A stretch of DNA of 64,000 nt from Selaginella moellendorffii (lineage: Eukaryota > Plantae > Lycopodiophyta): assembly GCF_000143415.4 (NCBI RefSeq), contig NW_003314264.1:1051650-1115649 (forward strand), read 5' to 3'. The first letter of the stretch is position 1; every line of letters begins with the position of its first letter. This document shows, piece after piece, positions 13,184 through 25,878 of the stretch. A program made the translations under genes and the position numbers. Below the pieces are notes generated by a model, which was not told the DNA's origin, did not search any database, and saw only the letters and a list, made by a program, of their open reading frames with translations.

Positions 13184-14332
13184 TGTAAGGAACCGACTCC
13201 CCGAGATGTCGTAGGCTAAAGGATCCCCAAAAGCTTGACCGAAATGACAAAGAGTTCATCGGATGGGACCAAGTCGAGGATCAAGTCCAAGACCGACTCT
13301 AGAACCGAGTTCGAGATAGAGTCCGGAATCAAGTCCGAGACCGACTCGGGGACCGAGTTCGAGTCCGAGTTCGAGACCGAGTTCGAGACGGAGTCCGAGA
13401 TCCGAAATCGGGTCCGAGACCGAGTCCGAGGTCGAGTCCGAGGTCGGGTCCGAGATCGGGTCCGAGATCGAGTACGAAATCGAGTCCGAGACCGAATCCG
13501 AAGTCGGATCCGAAATCGGGTCCGAGATCAAGCCAGAGACTAAGTCCAAATACTAATACGGGTCAAGGGGTGAAAGCCCAAAGCGTGCGTCTCCCAGGGG
13601 GGGGGGGGCTGCGGGGGGTTCCAAAAGTATAGTAGGGATAGTGAGGTCCAGGAACCAGTTTTGAAGGGACTCTCCAATTGGGCTTCCAAACCGACTTGAG
13701 GTTGAGACTGGGACCGAGGGGCCTTGGGTGGGAGTGAGCATGGACTTGGCTGGTGCCGGAGGGGCCATCCAAGGAAGTGCTCAAGAGCAGCTCCCACTCC
13801 CGAAAGGGAAACCGACTGCGGTGCTCCCGGCTCAGGTGGAGTGGTGCCCCACTTGAGTACCTTGTGGCTCATTGGTCCTCGCCCTTCCGGGGGCTTGGGC
13901 CTTCCCTTCGGGATGGAAGAGGGGGGGTAGAGGTACCCATACCGGGCCGTTAGGCCACGGTGTTTCGCCCCGACGTCCCGAAGCAAGTGCTGCACCCAAG
14001 GCTTAGGATTTAGAGGGTCCCATGATCAAGTCTTGTGGTACCAAGGGGAGTTAGGAATCTGGAGGCTTGGTGTGCTTGGCTGCTTGTGCCTGCGGGGAGT
14101 GTAGCCGAACCTTAAGTCCAGTCTAACCCGGGGAGGGGGATTGGGAGAGATTTGGGAATTCGTAGATGGATGGCTAACACTCCGTTGCTCGTGCAGTAAG
14201 TAGCTGAAACCAAGTAGGAGCTGGTACCATAGGCGAGAACCTTGGCGAGGGAACTTAGCACAAGCCAAGGCAGAGTTGGTCGGATAGGCGAGGTAAGCTG
14301 GCAAATTGGAAAGGAAAAATTTGTGGCTTACA
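13184..14332 (+). repeat. 3' LTR of Gypsy A (1149 bp)
   Basis: tgtaagg...ggcttaca; preceded by a purine-rich PPT (atgggtggtggagt). Confidence 0.93.
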
Positions 14333-14554
14333 CAAAGATGGCATGAGGCCTCATGCCATCTTGATATACACACAGCTGCAGACAAGTAAAAACATACATG
14401 ACAATATGCTAGCCATGAAATTGCAAGGGCCCAAGATGGCATGTGGCCTCATGCCATTTCTAAATGTGGTCCTAAACCATTCCATGGTGAACATACCAGG
14501 AAGCACAAGTGCCGAATATCAAGAGGAAGCGGTAGCCACACCAAAGACAGTGCT

Positions 14555-14625
14555 GCTCGCAACACCGCAACTACTCGTAGCGCCGCTCGCAACACCGCAA
14601 CTGCTCGTAGCGCCGCTCGCACAAA
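14555..14625. repeat. 30-bp tandem repeat in the transposon intergenic region
   Basis: gctcgcaacaccgcaact[a/g]ctcgtagcgcc about 2.3 times; mirrored at ~62890-62965. Confidence 0.8.
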
Positions 14626-15480
14626 CTGCCACTCGCATAAATTGCCGCTCGCAATGGCGCTCGCAATGCCGCAACCGCTTGTAGACGCATAAACCATAGC
14701 TCATAACGCCGCTTACACAAGCAGCGCTCACTGCGCTCAGCGGAACCAAGAACACGGCGCACAAAAATGATAGACCTAGGAATGAGTTCGAGAATTCAAA
14801 AATAACACACGCTTGAACGTCACATCAAATCCTCTGACAAACCAGATCTTATGATTCCTCTGACAAATTTCAAGCTGAGTAGCTTCTAGACTTTGCTGTC
14901 GGAGGTTGAACTTTGTCACATCATGTCCTTGCCTCGATCCAGCTGTGCCATGTCAGTGATTCGAACTTTGCCATGCCATGTCAGCGATCCGCGCCAAGAT
15001 TATTCGCCGTGTAAAGGAATAATTATGCTGTGTGTGTACGTCCATTTATGGCAATATAAGGCCACACGCCATTCAAAGAATAATGCTAGTCGAGCATTTT
15101 TTGGTGCATTTTTGGGTTCAAAATTGCATGAGCCCACACGCTATAAAGTTTACCTGTACCAAAAATAGAAACAGCTTTATTTACTTGGGAATTTAAGTGG
15201 TTGAGGCATTTTTAAACTTACAAACACATGCCCTACTTACATTCCTTTGGTTGCTTAAAATTCAAAAATATTATAAACCTTTCTTTTTGCATTTTCAATG
15301 TTTTCAATTATGGTTTTTGATTTTCGTAGGACCAGCCTAGTAATCTATTTGCATCCCGTCATGTTTATAGCTAGCTTTCGTTTGTCCCCTTCGCTAGCCT
15401 GAGATACATCTGCTCGGCATCTGCCTCTTACAGCATTTGCCCAGAAAGGGCATCTTTCTTCACACAGCATTTGCCACATG

Positions 15481-15505
15481 TTTAGGGTTAGGGTTTAGGG
15501 TTTAG
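15481..15505 (+). repeat. short plant telomeric-like repeat (TTTAGGG) / telo-box cluster
   Basis: tttagggttagggtttagggtttag; copy 2 has (aaaccct)3 at ~62014-62037. Confidence 0.8.
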
Positions 15506-16738
15506 CAATTCAGTAGCTTGATAAACATGCAAATACAGAACTTGATGCAAAATCCTTTGATATGTCACAATGCCCCTAGGACCATAAACACATTTCAATA
15601 GAGAGGGTCTTTTCATTTCATAACTTCTTACGTAGATCTTGGTGAAACCAGAGTTAGTGAAGTTGGTTTCTTGTGATCCCGCATCTGATTGTAATGTCCC
15701 TTTGCAGTGTTGATGGAAAGGTCAATGCACACCAAACTGTAGAATCTTGGAGCAAAATAACGGTCGGATCTATGGCAAATGCCCCTAAAACATTGTAAGG
15801 CTCGTGTGGTATCATGTGGTGTCCGATCGAGATGCCTCTTTGCAGGGTCATCAAGAAGGACATTGTATACCATTCTGTAAAATCTAGTTGTGATCTAACG
15901 GTTGGATCTCTAGGAAACTCAAAACAATCTCGCGCGTGTTAGAATATTCTAGGAATATACTCCTATGTGCTCCTGAAAATGGCATGCGGCCCCACGCCAT
16001 TCAAGAGATAACGCCAGATGACGCCGAGCATTTTTTGGTGCATTTTTTGGGATCAAAATTGCATGAGCCCACACGCTTGAACGTCACATCAAATCCTCTG
16101 ACAATTTATTTAGCTGAACATCTGGCATTTTTAGAAATACAAGATGCTTTGGAATATCCAATCATGCATGGTATAAATATAGCGAGGGTATTAAATGATA
16201 TCCCAATCATGATCTTTCTTTTGGATTTCGCGTGCATGCAGTCCGAGGAATGATGACGTTGCGGATTTCTTTTGGATTTCACGCATGCGCGTGCCGATCC
16301 AGAAATTAATGGTGGCGCCCAAGTCCAAGGAATGATGACGTGGCGGGATTACCAACCGTCATGACATTTCGCGCGTGTGAGGTTAGGTTTTGCATTTTGC
16401 TTCGTACTCGCGCTCGCATCGCGCTCCCACTTCTCTACAGGTTTCTCGTGTGCATCGGCATCCACTCGCGCTTGCATCACACTCGCGCTTGCATCACACT
16501 CGCGCTTGCATCGCGCTCGTGTGCATCGGCGTCCACTTCAAGACACACCCAGTTTGTAACTTCGCCGCCAACTCCGCCGCCCACTCTGCCACCCACACGC
16601 AGCCCACTTGGCATCCCGGGAGATTTCAGTGCCACTCTCCAACTGTAAGTGGCAGAGTAGCCTTGCTGCTACGATCCGCTGCAAACACAGTGCACATTCA
16701 CTAGCGAGTCCGGTTGTCACGCCTCCATTCGGCTTCAA

Positions 16739-19700
16739 ATGGTAAGTCTTTTAGGCCAAGTAGAAAATGGCATGAGGCCACATGCCATTCAGTAGCAACA
16801 TTGGCATGCACCAATTGGGCTCTCGAGTGCAGTCCGGTTACAGATGGCGTGTAGCCTCACGCCATCTTAGGATGCAGCCTCAAGACATCTGATGCAGTGG
16901 TGAATGGCGTGTGGCCTCACGTTATTTCCAGCTGCTAGCTTTTCATCTGTCAGCTCTAATTGTTGTGCATTTCTGAACAGGCGAGGAATTGCGTTCTTCT
17001 TCCAGCCACTGTCAATGTGGATGCAGAGAAGGGGGAGGAGCTCACCAGTTGGACTTTCGGGATGGAAGGCGAGGATCTGAAGCTGTACAACACAGATGGT
17101 GGGAGAAAAGAATGCATGGGGATCCTCATCCAAGTGACAGACACTCCATGCAGTTCCATGCAAGAATATGGACTGGCACTTATGGTAGAGATAGCGTCTG
17201 CCTTCAAGATCCACCTTGCACATCCTAGCGGCTTCCCGGAGGGGGGCAGCGGCTATGAGGAATTCCTAGAGGGAGCTAGGGAGAGGTTGTCCAGGAGGCC
17301 CACAATTTCAAAGACGCTGCGGGTCTATGAAGATCACATGGAATCCACGGACCTCACCTACAGCGATGTTCAAAAACTATATTCCAACATTGAGCCGTTG
17401 AGAGTGCCTCCAGTTCGCGAAGCGAAGGGGAAGGGGGTCGATCTGGAAACTACCCCGAAGCAGAAAAGGGTGGTCAAGCTCAAGCCGACGTCCGACTCTC
17501 CTCCAAAAACGAAGCTACTCGGTGATGCCATTGCCTCGGGTTCGAACACTACACCCACCAAAAAGAAGAGCCGCAAAGAGCAGAAAGAGCAAGAAGAGGC
17601 AGCAAAAATCATCGCAGATAATAGTACTTGTTACTATTCCAACAAAGTATATACAATCGACGTGAGCTGTATTGACATCCAAAGCAAATACAACCACAGG
17701 CTAGTATCTGATGAGTGGGTGGAGAAACTGAAGCAGAAGATGCTGGCAAGTCCAATAACACCCGACATCGCAGACGTGATCCCTTACTACCGAACAATGA
17801 AGGGCGAGACGAGGTTTCCAGACTTGATCAGTAGGAAAGTGTTGGACGATTAGAACATCCGGTTCTATGCCGTCTCTGGGCAGCATTCTAGCTTGGCGAT
17901 GCAAGAGATAGTTGTGGATATTATGGTGGGCAAGGAGGTGAAGAAAGTCTTCAAGACAAGAGTTGTCCGCCTGATAAAAGGCAACTCGCCCCTCCGATCT
18001 ATCATATACATCTCCCACGCGCAGAATGTCAAGCAAGAAACGTGTTACAAATCGGGTCTGCACGAGACATTGGCACGAACACGGAAGCTCTGGGTTCAAC
18101 TGAAGAAGCCACAAAAACCAGGACAAGGACGTGCACTAGCAACTAGCGCCTAGCAGGTAAGCCTCGTTGCATGTGGCATAGCATGTGGCCTCACGCCATT
18201 TCCATTGCAGGAATTCTCGAGTCTTCTCTCAAAAACACTGGGGGTCAATGGCACACTCAGCATCTATAACATTCTACTCGCGACAAAAGTTGTTTTTGAC
18301 AAATGGGTAGATGTGCTGAGGAGGTACCATGACGGGGAGTTGCCAAACTCAATGGGTGTGGAGGACGGCCGGAAGCCCAATGATTTGAAGCTCAACGCCT
18401 TGCGTTTCTCGCGGTCTCTAGATGATGACGACCTTCTGACAGTGGCTAATGCTCTTCTACGTGGTGAGGTAGTCTTCAACAAGACCAAAATGACTCCCGG
18501 CCATATTGTGACATACGAGGACTTGTGCACGACTCTGAGAGCTCGTGCGCTATTGAAGGATTGGATCTTCGAGCAAGTGGCCGTGGAGAGGGTGAGCATC
18601 GACACCACGCAAGAGATGATGGAAGCGCTGGATTTGTCAAATGAAGACATCGATGAGTACGTGAAGGGGGCCCCCAAGTTCATCGATCTGCTGCGGGATG
18701 CCACGAAAAGTAAAGCTGAGAAGTTGGATCAGTATCCAAATTTCATTAAGATTGATGTCGACCGCCGGCTTCAGAAACAGCTCGACCCCGCAGCAGAGGC
18801 CTATCGAGAACCTTACCGGGTATACTTGAATTCGGATGAGGATCAAAGGTGGAGGAGCATCGTTTCCCGCGGAGATGACCAGGTCAAGAACATCTTTTGT
18901 GTGATGGACTTCACAAACGAGGAGATCACTCATGCAGACGAAGTCAGCTCCATCATTGACTTAATGGTGGGACTTGCGGAGGTGGAATCTTCAGTCCACT
19001 ATATGATCTACGACTCCGAATCCTATCACAAGTTCTGGAAAGCCTTGAATGAGGTGAAGGCTCGGTTGAAAGGCAAGGAGATGCGGGAGATCTATGGGAT
19101 AATGGCTAAGAAGAAGATACCGACGAATGTCCGCATCTTCACACTCGCCCTTGTTATTGGTCCTGCAGCAGAGTGGGACTGGAGTGACTTCCCAGCTTCG
19201 TTCGACAAGGCCAATCAAATTGATCTGAGGGAGGTCAATTTACCCGTGCCTGAGGAACTGAAGACGGCTATGGAGCTTTCGAATCCAAAGAAAGCTCTAG
19301 GTGCAGCATGGGAAATGCTCAGCTGGGTCTTCAACGCAATAGCAGGTGGGTCACCTGCTTCCGACTCCAAGGGCAAATGCGTTGTCGAGTACAACTGCGG
19401 CGGACTATTCTTTCGAGCCGCACTACTCAAGGGTGTCCTGTGTGTTGCGGTGACAAACTCCATTGAAGAGGTGACTTCAATGGAGCATATAATTACAGTT
19501 GCCAAAGAAAAATAGTATCTTCTCTGCGAACCTAGTGAGTACACACTTTAAGTTTAAATGTTATCTCACAAGCTCTGTATGCAGGAGCGTGGCCACCCCC
19601 AGATGCTGAAATGGCGTTAACAGCTACTGTTGAAGATACCCATGTTGGGCCGAGCTCACAACCTGCACAAGGTAAGGTCACGTGAGGCCTCACGCCATTT

Positions 19701-20431
19701 TGATTATAGATCGTTGTGAATATTCAGACACGAGGACTGAAAAGAACACTGGTGGCGCATCGAAGAAGGACAAACAGACAAGCAATAGGAAAAAAGGAGG
19801 TACAAATTATATTTGCAATGGCGTGTGGTCTCATGCCATTCCTTGCAGGAGACACTTCTTCAAAGGCAAAACAGGCAAGCACCAGCCAAGCTCAAACTGA
19901 CAGTGGTCATAAAAAGCGAAAGCACGTTGGACAGTCGTCGAGATCAGAGGCGTTTGATTCGAAAAGGAAGAAGGGCAACAAAAAGATGATAGGTAATGCC
20001 TCGCGGTTATGGAGTGTGTGCTCATGCCATTCATTGCAGATCAAGGGCTGAGTGAAAGCAGCCAGTCACCACCTCCTGACTCAGATTCCTATGGCGGACT
20101 CCCCTTCCCCAATCTCAATGGAGAGGTACAATGGATGAGGGCTGCTTTTCAAGTTAGGGCCACGTTTTTCTCATCTCGTCGTCTTCGAAGGGTGCAAGAA
20201 CGTGCAGAAACCATGTTAAGACAGTCGGGTGAGGATACGGTCCTAGGTCACGCACTAAAATAGGCTATGGATGTCTTGTATTTTGAGATGGAGACTCAGC
20301 CAGATGATTTTCCCAAGATGGTCCTGGAAGAACAAGCCATCCAGCCTGAGCAGCCTATGGAAGAAATGCAGGAGGGGGATGAGGAGCCAGAGAAAGATAA
20401 TGAGCAGGAAGAGCAGAAGGACGAAGAGGAG
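16739..20431 (+). pseudogene. transposon cargo gene copy 1: ParB/Srx-like domain + degenerate amino-MTase-like fold + acidic region (3' part deleted)
   Basis: ATG at 16739; GT-AG introns 16742-16980, 18157-18210, 19535-19584, 19672-19727, 19800-19848, 19993-20039. Motifs YNHRLVSDEWVEKLKQKM...FYAVSGQHSSLAM and KCVVEYNCGGLFFRAALLKGVLCVAV. Stops at 17851, 18151, 19513 are sense codons in copy 2. Confidence 0.75.
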
Positions 20432-20904
20432 TGATGAAATTCCAAGATTATTGTATAGGCGTTGGAGGCAAAAAATAACAGTTTGAGATGGCATGTATTT
20501 ATTTAAAAATATAACTTATTATGGCATGGGGTTCCATGCCATTGTATTAATATTAAAAGACAATTCTTTGAGAGGATTTGCATTATACTAGAAGTGTTAC
20601 AGCATGTTATTGGAAGTCTATGAAGTTGTTTTATTAATAAGGGGAAAGTAAAGATTGAATGGGGACTTGGGCTCCACCTAGACTCGGAGCAACTGAGCCA
20701 ATATTAAAAGGATGAAAAGAAATTGGACGACGATGACAAGGAGAAGAGAGAGGTGAAGCAGTGGCAGGGGGAGGAGAAGTGATTGAGTAGACATTTCCTT
20801 GTTTAAAATAAAATGGCATGTGCCTCAATGCAGTTGAATTTTGTTATATTTATATACTATATAAAGGTTTGGAAACCTTATTTTACAAATGGGATAATGA
20901 CAAT

Positions 20905-20930
20905 TCCCACTTTAACGAAATAGAGCTTTT
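20905..20930 (-). repeat. right TIR of copy 1
   Basis: tcccactttaacgaaatagagctttt. Confidence 0.9.
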
Positions 20931-22360
20931 TTATAAAGTAATACCAACATGTATTATGCTTTCCATTCTTGGCACCTCACCAATATTTGTCAATGGTTAT
21001 ATACCGAAGGCCCACCATGCCTTGCCCTTCCTCCAAGGAGCATAGTCTCTTCAACTTAGAGACTGATTGGACCACTTGTGGTGGTCCTCTCCTTTTATTA
21101 GTTTAGTTTTTGCTAAACCTATTAGAGACACTGTCTCTATCTCAACCCCACTACTTCTCGAGTAGTCTCAGTTTCCACTGATATAACCTTTGCACTTTGA
21201 AACTTTTACTTTTGACTTCTCAAAGTCAATTTCCTAGGTGTCTTCGACACCCTGCATTGCACATATTATGCAACTCCACTTCCCCATCCTAGGAAGTTCT
21301 CTATTTGAGGGCACCATCATCCTCTCTTATATTTCGTGCCACCTTGGGCACTAAGTTCTAGTTATCATACTTTCTGCTAGGGCTGTCCATAGCCCTATCA
21401 TTTGGCTACTTACTGCTCCCTCCCTTGGAGCTTTCACCTTTGCCAACTTGGAGCCCTTGGAGAATTCATCCTTGGAAGCACATTTCCTTTCTCACAATCC
21501 GTTAGCATCTAACATATTAGTGTTCCATGCCTAACTTTGCTATTTGGATTCCTTCTAATGAACTCTATGGCCCACACTTTGCCACTAGTTCCTTTCGCTT
21601 TTATATATTGATTGTTGCACTAAGCAATATAGGATCACTACCTCCATTCTCGAGGTATCCTTTTGGCTCCATGGCAAAGGCTCTACTTTGCTAAGTCCAG
21701 AGGGTGCTCACCTCTAATAGGTCTCTTTAGCATTTTCTGCTATGAGCTTCATCTATAGCCAAATTTTGCGACCCTCCCATGGGTCTCTCCCAGAGACTAC
21801 TTTCTTGGACTTACCACACCATCGTCAATAGTTCAAATCAACACTTTGAACTAGAAGTTATATTCCTTAACCTAAACAAAGACCTTGTCCTTGTTTAGCC
21901 ACAAGATCACCTAGTGATCTCATCTTGACCCCTTAACAGGTTTACCAATAGGAACTAAGTCTTTTAGACCCTTTTAAATTGTTGACTATAGCCCCGGGGG
22001 CATCCCCCACACTTGGCAGTGCGCCCAAGCCAGCTTTTCCGGCCAAGGATCCATAGCAACTGAGACTGGGTGTCCCCATCTCATTCACCACGTCCTTGGT
22101 GCCCTTTGCACCAAAGTGTTCAAGTTAAATATACTGAGATTTCACTCTAAGCAATCTAACCATGCATCACGACTCTGAGGCATCCCTCGCTTGGCAGTGT
22201 GCCCAAACCAGTCTCCTCACTGAGAGTCTATGACCACCGAAAAATGAGTGTCCTCATATTCCAAACCATCACCACGCCCTAGTGATTTGGGACTCGAATC
22301 CAAGCACTAGACGGTCAGGACTCGAACTCAACCTCCGTATATGCATCTACGGTTTTATCA
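20931..22360 (-). mobile_element. degenerate LTR-retroelement fragment
   Basis: 21990-22350 resembles the reverse complement of the Gypsy A untranslated region 12920-13115; no intact ORF. Confidence 0.5.
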
Positions 22361-22361
22361 T

Positions 22362-23410
22362 AGACATAGTTAGTGATCGAGATTCAAAGATCACCAATGG
22401 ATTTTGGAAAACCTTTACAAAGGTTATGTAAGTGGCTTTGAAACTCTCAAGTGGAGATCATCCTTAAACGGATGGGCAAACCGAGCGTGTGAATCAGGTG
22501 GTGGAGGATATGCTACATTGTAGTATTGGTCAAAGATGAGATCTATATCTTCCGTTGGTGCAATTTTCTTACAACAATAGCCAACACAATGGAACCAAGT
22601 TAAGTCCTTACTTTGCTATGTTTGGAAGGTATCCTTGAACAGCGGTGAAGTTAGGATTGCATTTAAGTAAGGATGTTCAAGATAAGATTGATTCCGAGGC
22701 GACTGATCTAGCCACAGAACTTGATGAGATTTTGGTGGTGTGCAAATAAAATTTGCAAGCAGCTCAGGATAGAGTAGAGAAGTTTGTCAATGAGCATCGC
22801 CAATTCCAGGAATATAAGGTAGGTGATTTCGTCTTTGTGTGAATGATCTTTCCATCAAGTGAGTGGTGGAACACCTTGATGCTTTTATAAACAGGGAAGA
22901 GTAATAAATTTTCCCATCGATATGCTGCTCCATATAAAGTGCTAGAGCGCATTGGTAAAGCGGCTTATTGGGTGCAACTGCCAGCTGGGGTGAAAATTCA
23001 TCTGGTATTTTATGTCAGCCAGTTGAAAGGTGTACTATCTCGAAGTGACGGTCCCAATGCCTCCTTGATGTATACGGCTGCGGAAGATGGACTAAGAGCT
23101 TGAGCAAGGTTCCCCAAAAAGGGAGATCACCGGTACAACTTGTCCTTAGGAGAAGGACTTTATTGGGGGGGAAGAATTGTTAGGCACCAGCTTTGACCAC
23201 ATGGTCAACGTCGGTCAAAGGGAGGCTCAAGGGTATATTAAGGCATGTTAGGGTAAAGGACTTAACCTACCCTAAGGCTCACAGTGGAGCGGCAGTGCAA
23301 TGGACCTTTTGAGGTAGCTTGGGGGTGGTTGGGTGGTAAAGAATCTCAATAGGTGGTGTAACATAGTCTAGGGTGACTAGATCTTTGTCTTTTTGCACCA
23401 GATCATAACA
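22362..23410 (+). mobile_element. 3' fragment (integrase end + PPT + 233-bp LTR at 23178-23410) of Gypsy family C
   Basis: Near-colinear with 50095-51152. Confidence 0.92.
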
Positions 23411-23846
23411 TCTGCCAACATTATATTTCCAGCTAGTGGCAAGTCTCTACGTGTTCCTTTTTAAACATTGCAAGTTGCATCCATTTCCTGAGTAGAAGTT
23501 CCACAATGTTTCAAAGCTGCTTTTCAAGTATTTATCTCATGCCCAAGCAACTCTTCTTCTTCCTTCTTCAATGAACAATTGCAAGCAATGCTACAGAATG
23601 GAGCTGCTCCATCATAACAATGATAGCATGGTCTGACTAGCTGCTTCTTTGGAATGTTTGACCTTGATTGCTCCACAAGTGTGCTTTACTATGTTCTGAT
23701 ATCTGATAGTGTTATTACTTTTTAAATGCATGTTCAAATTTTCTTTATATTTGCAGATGAGTACTGGCTGTGTATTGATACCTCCCACTTTGAACAGCTG
23801 TAAACTCTGTATTATTATATAATATAAACTATTTAGGTGTTACATA

Positions 23847-24098
23847 TCACTCACATGAACACTTACCATTCTGGAAAAAGTGACAACTGTTGACTTCTCT
23901 AATTGTAATTATGCCCTTCCTTTGCTGAGAAAGATCTCTAGTTGCATCATGGCAATTGATACACATTCTAATGAATTTTATGATAAGAATTACTTTCTCA
24001 GGTTTAGTATGCCCAAAAGCATACTTTAGAAATTTTAATTTGCTGTGCATACAACCTCCATCCTCTGTCAACTTATTTTCCTTATTTTCACATCTCAA
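23847..24098 (-). pseudogene. degenerate DYW-domain (PPR C-terminal) fragment
   Basis: HSKL..., IRMCINCHDA, ITIREVNSCHFFQNGKCSC; the catalytic HxE and terminal DYW are lost. Confidence 0.8.
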
Positions 24099-24199
24099 AT
24101 CTGGCCAAAATTTATGTACTTTGCCATTATCATCACTCCAGAAACTTACTCCTTATGCACAATATTGTGTGCCTTGCCTAAAGGGCAGCATATTCATCA

Positions 24200-24736
24200 G
24201 AAAATTTCTCAAATGGGGTGGAACAAGATTACCACATTGGGACTAACCTAATAAATCTTTATGGAAAATGTGGTGAAATCAATGTAGCATTGGAGTTATT
24301 TAATAATTTACATTTTCCTAGTACAGTTGAATGGACTGCCTTAATTGCAGGGTATAGTTGCTCTGGAAATGTATCTCAAACATTTAGATTATTTTGGGAG
24401 ATGTTAAAAACTGATAAAAACTTGTGAACGATGTAAATTTTATTAATATCATCCAGGTATGTAGTCATGCAGGGATGGTAAAAAAAGCAATAGTATTTTA
24501 AATTAATGTTTCAATATGGCATTGTATCTACTATTGTGCATTATAATTGTATGGTAGATATTTTAGGTCGAGCTAATCATATGGAAGATGCATTATTTAT
24601 GATTTACAATATATCATTTGATGCAGATCTTATTATCTCGTGGATGACACTATTAGGAGCATGTCGAAAATGGCTAGACATTAGTATTGGTAAAAAAGCA
24701 TTTGCTGCTTTAATTAAGCGGCCGAATCCAGGATAG
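24200..24736 (+). pseudogene. PLS-class PPR fragment, AT-rich and disrupted
   Basis: LINLYGKCGEI, WTALIAGY, CSHAG, HYNCMVDILGRA, WMTLLGAC. Confidence 0.85.
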
Positions 24737-25178
24737 TACGGCAGGCTCATGAGAAGAATGCTTCGTCCATGGGGGCGCGTGAGGCGATCTTGGACAAGAA
24801 GAGCTACGTGAAAGATTTTGAGAGCTTCTGGATTCCTATGCTGGGCGATCTCATGGGAGGGGATTATCACCACTACAGTTTAGAGGTATGCAAGAATCTT
24901 AGATTTTTTCTCTTATTTTCTAGTTTCTTTTGATTTGCTATGTTCTTTGTGGCTGTTCTTCCAGCTTTGCTTATGAGTTTCTTGCTTTTCTTCCCACCAA
25001 ACTTTGGTGTTGTTGGTTGGGATTTCTTTTGGTTTTCTCGTTGTTTCTGTGCTCGTATCTTTCATGCCTGATCGAGTCTGATCTTGTCGGTGACATTCTT
25101 TATTGTTTTGTCCTCTCCATCCATCACATTCTTATATCACGATCATGCCAGGTTTTTACATGGCTCACGAACAATCCA

Positions 25179-25878
25179 ATGGTCCTACTATCGGCCAAGA
25201 GACCGCAGCTCGAGCAGCTCTACACGACGATGATCTCTTACGCTAGAGTCGTTGGGAGCCTGAGGCTAGCACGCATCTGGTTCGACGATCTCAAAGGCAA
25301 AGGGCTCAAGCAATCGACGAGGTGCTGCAACGCTCTCCTCCTTGCTTACGCCAAGAAAGGTGATGCTCAAACCGCGCTCTCCATCCTCGAACAGATGAAA
25401 GCCTTCCGCAAGGGGTGCTTGCCAAACGCAGTCACGTACTACATCCTCATCGCCAGAGGCTGGGCGACTTGCCAAGCCTCGCAAATCTCCTGGGCAACAG
25501 CGAGTGCTCGAGCTTTCGTCCCGTCACCATGACTTACAACACTCTCCTCTGCGGCTACTCAAAGATGGGAATGCTGGAGGATTTCGACAAGACACACGGG
25601 GAAATGGTGGAGGATCTGGAGGAGAAACTTAGCAAGGAGAGCTACAACGCGTTGCTCTTTGGATAGTCGTGGCTGGATTGTCTCGACGAGCTCCAGCGCT
25701 GTGTGGGGGAGATGCTAGCCAGGGAGATGAGTCTGGCATCGCTGGTGGTGGCGGAAGAGGTTGCCAAGGCTTACAGAAGAAATTGATGGGTGGAAGGATT
25801 GGACATGGTGATCCAGCTCGAGGAAAAGAGTCCCGGGATTTCTCCAACGTTCCAAAGCTTTATAAATGCTTGCGATGA
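25179..25878 (+). pseudogene. P-class PPR fragment with frameshifts
   Basis: LYTTMISYA, CNALLLAYAKKGD, PNAVTY, TYNTLLCGYSKMG. Confidence 0.8.

Larger units (their letters stand above)
7719..14332 (+). mobile_element. Ty3/Gypsy chromovirus LTR retrotransposon A (5' LTR/PBS/gag start deleted)
   Basis: TG...CA ends; TSD CAAAG (7714-7718, 14333-14337); empty site at ~63175 in copy 2; gag-PR-RT-RH-INT-chromodomain order. Confidence 0.95.
3611..20930 (-). mobile_element. TIR DNA transposon copy 1 (Sola-like transposase + ParB/MTase-like cargo), interrupted by Gypsy A
   Basis: 26-bp TIRs with 1 mismatch (AAAAGCTCTATTTC[A/G]TTAAAGTGGGA); internal transposase; near-identical inverted copy from 42841; ~10.7 kb once the Gypsy insertion is removed. 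Confidence 0.9.

Noticed and set aside
4154-20834. CRISPR-like array from the recurring palindrome
   Set aside because: Spacing is irregular (14 bp to kilobases), copies are degenerate, there are no cas genes and the context is eukaryotic
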